DNA of 18,747 nucleotides from a virus: UHGV virus genome UHGV-0070184; one strand, 5' to 3'. Shown piece by piece: positions 16,979 to 18,747 of this stretch (position 1 is its first letter; each line of letters starts with the position of its first letter). The notes under the pieces were generated by a model. It saw only the letters and a program-made list of their open reading frames with translations, ran no database searches and was not told where the DNA came from. The position numbers and the translations under genes were made by a program.

Positions 16979-17003
16979 AGTCCTCAGACATGAGGACTTT
17001 TTT
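16979..17003 (+). terminator. rho-independent terminator after the KAP gene; stem contains the int Shine-Dalgarno
   Basis: agtcctca (16979-16986) / tgaggact (16991-16998) 8-bp stem, gaca loop, then TTTTT ending 1 nt before the int ATG at 17004. Confidence 0.7.
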
Positions 17004-18056
17004 ATGGCAGTACGAAAACTCAACACAGGTAAATGGATTTGTGAATGCTACCCCGCCGGGCGCAATGGGCGGCGTGTGCGTAAGCAGTTTGCAACTAAGG
17101 GTGAAGCATTGGCTTTTGAGCGTCACACGATGGAAGAAACCGGAGCAAAACCCTGGCTGGGTGAATCAGTGGATCGTCGAACACTGAAAGACGTGGTTGA
17201 GCTATGGTTCAAACTACATGGTAAATCTCTGACGGCTGGGCAGCATGTCTATGACAAATTGCTGTTGATGGTTGACGCTCTGGGAAATCCCATTGCAACC
17301 GATCTCACCTCTAAAATGTTTGCCCACTATCGAGATAAACGCCTGACAGGAGAGATCTACTTCAGCGAAAAATGGAAGAAAGGAGCAAGCCCGGTCACCG
17401 TTAACCTGGAGCAAAGCTATCTAAGTAGTGTTTTTAGCGAACTATCCCGCTTGGGCGAATGGTCGTATCCGAACCCACTGGAGAACATGCGAAAATTCAC
17501 CATCGCAGAAAAAGAGATGGCATGGCTTACCCATGAACAGATTGTTGAATTGCTGGCTGATTGCAAACGTCAGGACCCAATTCTGGCACTGGTAGTCAAG
17601 ATATGCTTAAGCACAGGCGCACGCTGGCGAGAAGCAATAAATCTTACCCGTTCACAGGTGACTAAATACCGAATTACCTTTGTCAGAACGAAGGGGAAGA
17701 AAAACAGAAGCATTCCCATCAGTAAAGAGCTTTACGAAGAGATCATGGCACTTGATGGGTTCAATTTCTTTACAGACTGCTATTTTCAATTTTTATCCGT
17801 GATGGAAAAAACGTCTATCGTGCTCCCTCGCGGTCAACTGACACACGTTCTGCGTCATACGTTTGCGGCGCATTTTATGATGTCGGGTGGAAACATCCTG
17901 GCCTTACAAAAAATTCTCGGGCATCACGATATAAAAATGACGATGCGTTACGCACATCTGGCACCGGATCATCTGGAAACGGCGCTCCGTTTCAATCCTC
18001 TTGCAACGCTGCCAAGTGGCGACAAAGTGGCGGCAGCGGTTGGCATTACCCCGTAA
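17004..18056 (+). CDS. int: tyrosine integrase (P2 family), 350 aa
   Basis: 350-aa product with C-terminal catalytic region ..HVLRHTFA..., ..GHHDIKMTMRYAHL (R-H-R-Y signature); last phage gene before host DNA. Confidence 0.9.
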   Translation: MAVRKLNTGKWICECYPAGRNGRRVRKQFATKGEALAFERHTMEETGAKPWLGESVDRRTLKDVVELWFKLHGKSLTAGQHVYDKLLLMVDALGNPIATDLTSKMFAHYRDKRLTGEIYFSEKWKKGASPVTVNLEQSYLSSVFSELSRLGEWSYPNPLENMRKFTIAEKEMAWLTHEQIVELLADCKRQDPILALVVKICLSTGARWREAINLTRSQVTKYRITFVRTKGKKNRSIPISKELYEEIMALDGFNFFTDCYFQFLSVMEKTSIVLPRGQLTHVLRHTFAAHFMMSGGNILALQKILGHHDIKMTMRYAHLAPDHLETALRFNPLATLPSGDKVAAAVGITP

Positions 18057-18079
18057 TAACCACCACTGACCACCAACCC

Positions 18080-18112
18080 AACTTATTGTTTTTACTCTAA
18101 CTTATTGTTTTC
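18080..18112 (+). repeat. direct repeats AACTTATTGTTTT (two copies) in the att region; candidate integrase arm or IHF sites
   Basis: aacttattgttttt at 18080-18093 and aacttattgttttc at 18099-18112, between the int stop and the host gene. Confidence 0.4.
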
Positions 18113-18116
18113 ATTA

Positions 18117-18141
18117 ACCCGTTTACATAAATGGGTTTTTT
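18117..18141 (+). terminator. terminator-like hairpin with T-tract in the att / host junction
   Basis: acccgttta / taaatgggt stem (one G-T pair), short loop, then TTTTTT; could end the int transcript or be a host terminator at attB. Confidence 0.45.
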
Positions 18142-18160
18142 GTTATCTAAAATTTATCTA

Positions 18161-18697
18161 CTACCCTGCAACCCTCTCAACCATCCTCAAAATCTCCTCG
18201 CGCGATAGCGGCTTACGGTCGGTGACAAAATGCAGCGTCATCCCCTCAATAAACGCATCAAGCGCGCGGGCGGTTCCGGGTTCAAACCATTGTTCGAGCG
18301 TTTGCTGACTGCGCTGCATCCAGTTTTGCATTACCGTTTTTAATAGCGGTTTTCGGCTAGCCAGCGCGTAGAGCTGGTACATCAGCTCCATGTTATCCGG
18401 CGTTGCAACCTGTGAGCTGTAGATCATATCGGTGATAGCCTGGCATGCGCCCGGAGCATCACTAACATCGCTAAAAAATGCCTGATATTGCCGGGACATG
18501 ATCTCAGTAAAACTGCTGAACGCCTCCAGTAACAACTCATCAATTCCTGAAAAATAGTAGGTCATCGATCCCAACGGTACCCCGGCAAGGGTAGCAATTT
18601 TGCGGTGCGTAACAGCATGTATTCCGTAAAGTTTCACCGCCTCCAGCGTGGCCTGGATAATTTTTTCTCGCCGTTGCGGATCGTTAGCGCGACGCAT
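18161..18697 (-). CDS. TetR-family transcriptional regulator (host gene), 178 aa
   Basis: N-terminal TetR HTH ..[37 protein letters not shown]..; start ATG 18695-18697 with AGAGGAA upstream (the track start at 18727 is TTG). Higher GC and no phage context. The sequence is reminiscent of enterobacterial RcdA/YbjK but I cannot verify that. Confidence 0.8.
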
Positions 18698-18717
18698 GTC
18701 ATTTCCTCTCTCTGCAA

Positions 18718-18737
18718 TTGTGTACAAATGTACACAA
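18718..18737. promoter_or_regulatory. perfect palindrome TTGTGTACA-aa-TGTACACAA upstream of the TetR gene; candidate autoregulatory operator
   Basis: 9-bp inverted repeat arms separated by 2 bp, about 20 bp upstream of the TetR start codon. Confidence 0.5.
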
Positions 18738-18747
18738 CCTTGCTAAT

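Larger units (their letters stand above)
1..18112. mobile_element. P2-family (186-like) prophage, partial; extends beyond the window start and ends at the integrase-side att region
   Basis: Contiguous P2-type late genes (X, L, M, N, O, P, Q), cos-like motif, replication gene A, 186-type cI/apl/cII switch, tyrosine integrase abutting a host TetR gene. Right boundary is approximate (att core lies somewhere in 18057-18160). Confidence 0.85.

Noticed and set aside
16990-17414. ORFs 16990..17187 (+) and 17214..17414 (-) overlapping int
   Set aside because: Out-of-frame or antisense to the integrase gene, which has the canonical catalytic motifs.
18105-18308. Plus-strand 67-aa ORF spanning the att region and the 3' end of the TetR gene
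   Set aside because: Overlaps the host TetR gene on the opposite strand and the terminator hairpin; no RBS.
1-18747. CRISPR arrays, tRNA/rRNA genes, IS elements or transposase genes
   Set aside because: No regularly spaced direct repeats, no tRNA-like sequence at the att junction, and no transposase-like ORF or terminal inverted repeats were seen on either strand.

Overview
The window holds about 18.1 kb of a P2-family (186-like) temperate prophage plus about 0.6 kb of host DNA carrying a TetR-family regulator gene. Gene calls rest on reading the supplied ORF translations and the raw sequence by eye; no search or computation was run. Layout, left to right: late morphogenesis genes on the minus strand (partial holin, X, L, M, N, O), divergent P-Q (terminase large subunit, portal), a cos-like site, an SOS-controlled Tum/DinI-like module, the early operon on the minus strand (apl, cII, small ORFs, TraR-like, dam, replication gene A), then cI, integrase, the att region and host DNA. 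Three AT-rich blocks break this conserved backbone and are the most interesting part. The first is a 427-aa ORC/Cdc6-like P-loop ATPase inserted between portal gene Q and cos. The second is a very acidic 111-aa protein between cos and the Tum module. The third is a two-gene cassette (small signal-peptide Cys-rich protein plus a 444-aa KAP-family P-loop NTPase) inserted between cI and int, ending in a terminator hairpin that overlaps the int ribosome-binding site. The KAP cassette and the ATPase are the best candidates for undescribed prophage-encoded anti-phage or exclusion functions. No tRNA, rRNA, CRISPR array or IS element was seen.
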